NCBI GenBank assembly: GCA_947259295.1
Contig: CAMYMG010000020.1
Span: forward strand, 5,193-69,192
DNA: 64,000 nucleotides
From: an uncultured Rhizobiaceae bacterium
Lineage (GTDB): Bacteria > Pseudomonadota > Alphaproteobacteria > Rhizobiales > Rhizobiaceae
Direction: 5' to 3'
Every line of letters starts with the position of its first letter. Positions within the stretch are counted from its first letter, which is position 1. Shown here in pieces: positions 61,802 to 64,000 of the stretch. The position numbers were made by a program, and so were the translations under genes. Under the pieces are notes generated by a model that saw only the letters and a list, made by a program, of their open reading frames with translations, did no database searches and was not told the origin of the DNA.

Positions 61802-62800
61802 ATGGAGACCGACGTGAACTTGATCCGCACCGCAATGCTTCTGGCCTTCATGACCGCGCTGTTCATGGCGGTCGGCTACCTGATCGGCGGCAGCGGCGGC
61901 ATGATGATCGCCTTCGTGATCGCCGCGGGCATGAACTTCTTCGGCTACTGGAACGCCGACAAGATGGTGTTGCGCATGCATCATGCCGTGGAGGTGAACG
62001 AACAGACCGCGCCCGAATATTTCGGCATCGTGCGCGACCTCGCGGCACGCGCAGGACTGCCCATGCCGAAGACCTATCTGATCCAGAACCCGCAGCCCAA
62101 CGCCTTCGCCACCGGCCGCAATCCGCAAAACGCCGCCGTCGCTGCCACCACGGGCCTGCTCGAGCGTCTCTCCTACGAAGAAGTGGCAGCCGTCATGGCG
62201 CACGAGCTTGCGCATGTGCAGAACCGCGACACGCTGACCATGACGATCACCGCGACGCTTGCCGGCGCCATCTCGATGCTCGGCAACTTCGCCTTCTTCT
62301 TCGGCGGCAACCGCGACAACAACAACGGCTTCGGCATTGTTGGCGTGCTCGTTGCGATGATCGTCGCCCCTCTGGCCGCGGCGATGGTCCAGATGGCGAT
62401 CAGCCGGACGCGCGAATACTCCGCCGACCGGCGCGGCGCCGAGATCTGCGGCAACCCCTTGTGGCTGGCTTCGGCGCTTGACAAGATCGCGCGCAACGCC
62501 CAACGCATCCACAACCCGGATGCCGAGCACAACCCGGCCACCGCCCACATGTTCATCATCAATCCCCTGTCAGGCGAACGCATGGACAATCTGTTCTCGA
62601 CCCACCCGGCCACCGAAAACCGGATCGCCGCCCTGCAGGCGATGGCGGCAAAGGGCATGGGTAGAAGCGACGCCCCGACCGGACGCTCGCGCGGCCCCTG
62701 GGAGGCCGCCGATGAGACGGTGCAGCCCTCCCGCCCCGAGGTCCCGAAGCCCAACCCGTGGGGTCGCAACCCGACCGGCCCGCGAGGCCGCCGGCCGTGA
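61802..62800 (+). CDS. htpX: zinc metalloprotease HtpX
   Basis: 332 aa from the ATG at 61802 with HELAHV zinc motif, TM helices and a Pro/Arg-rich tail. A GTG at 61814 is an alternative start. Confidence 0.92.
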   Translation: METDVNLIRTAMLLAFMTALFMAVGYLIGGSGGMMIAFVIAAGMNFFGYWNADKMVLRMHHAVEVNEQTAPEYFGIVRDLAARAGLPMPKTYLIQNPQPNAFATGRNPQNAAVAATTGLLERLSYEEVAAVMAHELAHVQNRDTLTMTITATLAGAISMLGNFAFFFGGNRDNNNGFGIVGVLVAMIVAPLAAAMVQMAISRTREYSADRRGAEICGNPLWLASALDKIARNAQRIHNPDAEHNPATAHMFIINPLSGERMDNLFSTHPATENRIAALQAMAAKGMGRSDAPTGRSRGPWEAADETVQPSRPEVPKPNPWGRNPTGPRGRRP

Positions 62801-64000
62801 GCGCCGGCAGCCCGGGCATCCATCAATCCAGACGCCGCTCCACCCCTGACACCCGCTACGCCGCGGATGCATCGAGTCCCGGTCTCGCCGCCCGCAAGGC
62901 CGCGGCAAAACTGCTGGCTGTCGTCATCGAGACGGCGACACCGCTCGACGGCCTGACCGACAACGACAACGGCCATCCACAGTATCTCGCGCTCGACCTG
63001 CGCGATCGCAGCCTCGTGCGCGCCATTCTCACCACCGCCTTGCGCTATCGCGTGACCATTGCCAGCCTGCTGGCCCTGCGCCTCGAAAAGCCGCTGCCAC
63101 CCAAGGCCACCGCACTCATGCACATCCTGCATGTCGCGGCCGCGCAGATTCTCTTCCTCGACATTCCCGACAGCGCAGCCGTCGACCTCGCCGTCACCCA
63201 TGCCAAGTCGGACCCGCGCACGACCCGATTTTCCGGGCTCGTCAACGGTGTGCTGCGCTCGCTCGCGCGGTCAAAGCAGACCGAACTGGCTGCGATGCTG
63301 GAGCGCACATCGGACGCGCCGGCCTGGTTTGCCGAGCGCCTGACCGCGGCCTATGGCAGCGAGAAGGCGCGCGCCATCATGGCCGCGCACCGGGTCGAAG
63401 CGCCTGTGGATTTCACCGTCAAGGCCGATCCGGCCCTCTGGGCCGAACAGCTCGGCGGCATTGTCCTGCCGACCGGCACCGTGCGCGTCGAAAAACTCGC
63501 CGGGAACGTCATTGACCTGCCCGGCTTCGCCGAGGGCCACTGGTGGGTGCAGGACGCCGCGGCCAGCCTGCCGGCGCGCTTGTTCGGCAATCTCGCCGGG
63601 TTGAAGGTGGCCGACCTCTGTGCCGCGCCCGGCGGCAAGACCGCCCAGCTCGTGCTCGCAGGCGCTGAGGTGACCGCCATCGACGCCTCGAAGAACCGTC
63701 TGACCAGGCTCGGCCAGAACCTCGAACGTCTCGGCCTGACCGCAACGCTGCTGCAGGCGGACATCCTCGACTTCCGCCCGCAGGAGCAGTTCGACGCGAT
63801 CCTCCTGGATGCGCCCTGTTCATCGACCGGGACCGTCAGGCGCCATCCCGACGTGCCTTGGACGAAGAGCCCCGCCGATATCGAAAAGCTCGCCGCGCTG
63901 CAGGCGAAGATGCTTGCCGCCTCGGTATCCATGGTGCGGCCCGGCGGGCGCATCGTCTTCTCCAACTGCTCGCTCGATCCGCTTGAGGGCGAGGATCTCT
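62797..64000 (+). CDS. rsmB: 16S rRNA (cytosine-C5)-methyltransferase RsmB/Sun family, 5' part (runs off the right edge)
   Basis: Frame is open from the GTG at 62797 (GTGA overlap with the htpX stop) to the window end. My translation shows the NusB-like N-terminus and SAM motifs ([38 protein letters not shown]). It is absent from the ORF track because no stop falls in the window. Confidence 0.85.
   Translation, partial: MSAGSPGIHQSRRRSTPDTRYAADASSPGLAARKAAAKLLAVVIETATPLDGLTDNDNGHPQYLALDLRDRSLVRAILTTALRYRVTIASLLALRLEKPLPPKATALMHILHVAAAQILFLDIPDSAAVDLAVTHAKSDPRTTRFSGLVNGVLRSLARSKQTELAAMLERTSDAPAWFAERLTAAYGSEKARAIMAAHRVEAPVDFTVKADPALWAEQLGGIVLPTGTVRVEKLAGNVIDLPGFAEGHWWVQDAAASLPARLFGNLAGLKVADLCAAPGGKTAQLVLAGAEVTAIDASKNRLTRLGQNLERLGLTATLLQADILDFRPQEQFDAILLDAPCSSTGTVRRHPDVPWTKSPADIEKLAALQAKMLAASVSMVRPGGRIVFSNCSLDPLEGEDL

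Noticed and set aside
62173-63965. Minus-strand ORFs 62173..63201 and 63351..63965
   Set aside because: They are antisense to htpX and rsmB, and the plus-strand frames give recognisable proteins.

Overview
GC-rich core-chromosome segment that looks alphaproteobacterial (Rhizobiales-like by gene content and order). This is inferred from recognisable protein families, not from any search. I support about 65 protein-coding genes. I saw no rRNA, tRNA, CRISPR array, IS element or prophage. Housekeeping blocks are sdhCDAB, leuC, glnK-amtB, ftsK-lolA, xthA, gpsA-tsaD, hemC-hemD followed by a Mic60-like gene and a HemY-like gene, atpHAGDC, priA, tal, lptE-leuS, acs, htpX and rsmB. Many long ORFs in the supplied track are antisense or out-of-frame shadows typical of GC-rich DNA. 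The track also takes the longest ORF with ATG/GTG/TTG starts, so I re-set several starts using Shine-Dalgarno (SD) placement. It misses two edge-truncated genes (1..138 and rsmB at 62797..64000). The signals I think most deserve follow-up are these. (1) An orphan 23-codon ORF at 58241..58312 preceded by a 15-nt perfect complement of the 16S rRNA 3' tail and followed by a structured tail and a strong terminator. (2) A 44-nt near-perfect palindrome (60449..60492) that buries the start codon of a secreted SNase-like nuclease just downstream of a transglutaminase-like gene, in a cluster with an orphan TadG/vWA protein and three phased GTTAACC motifs. (3) CtrA-type boxes (TTAA-N7-TTAAC, TTAACCAT) in front of ftsK, the TadG-like gene and an uncharacterised envelope operon. 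(4) That operon (4691..7355): a secreted protein, a polytopic helical membrane protein and a membrane-anchored ClpP/NfeD-like protein, followed by tandem GGDEF paralogs. (5) A divergent pair of paralogous small secreted 4-Cys proteins (18581..19293). (6) An orphan DUF2235/Tle1-like hydrolase. All functional assignments come from reading motifs by eye and need homology searches to confirm.
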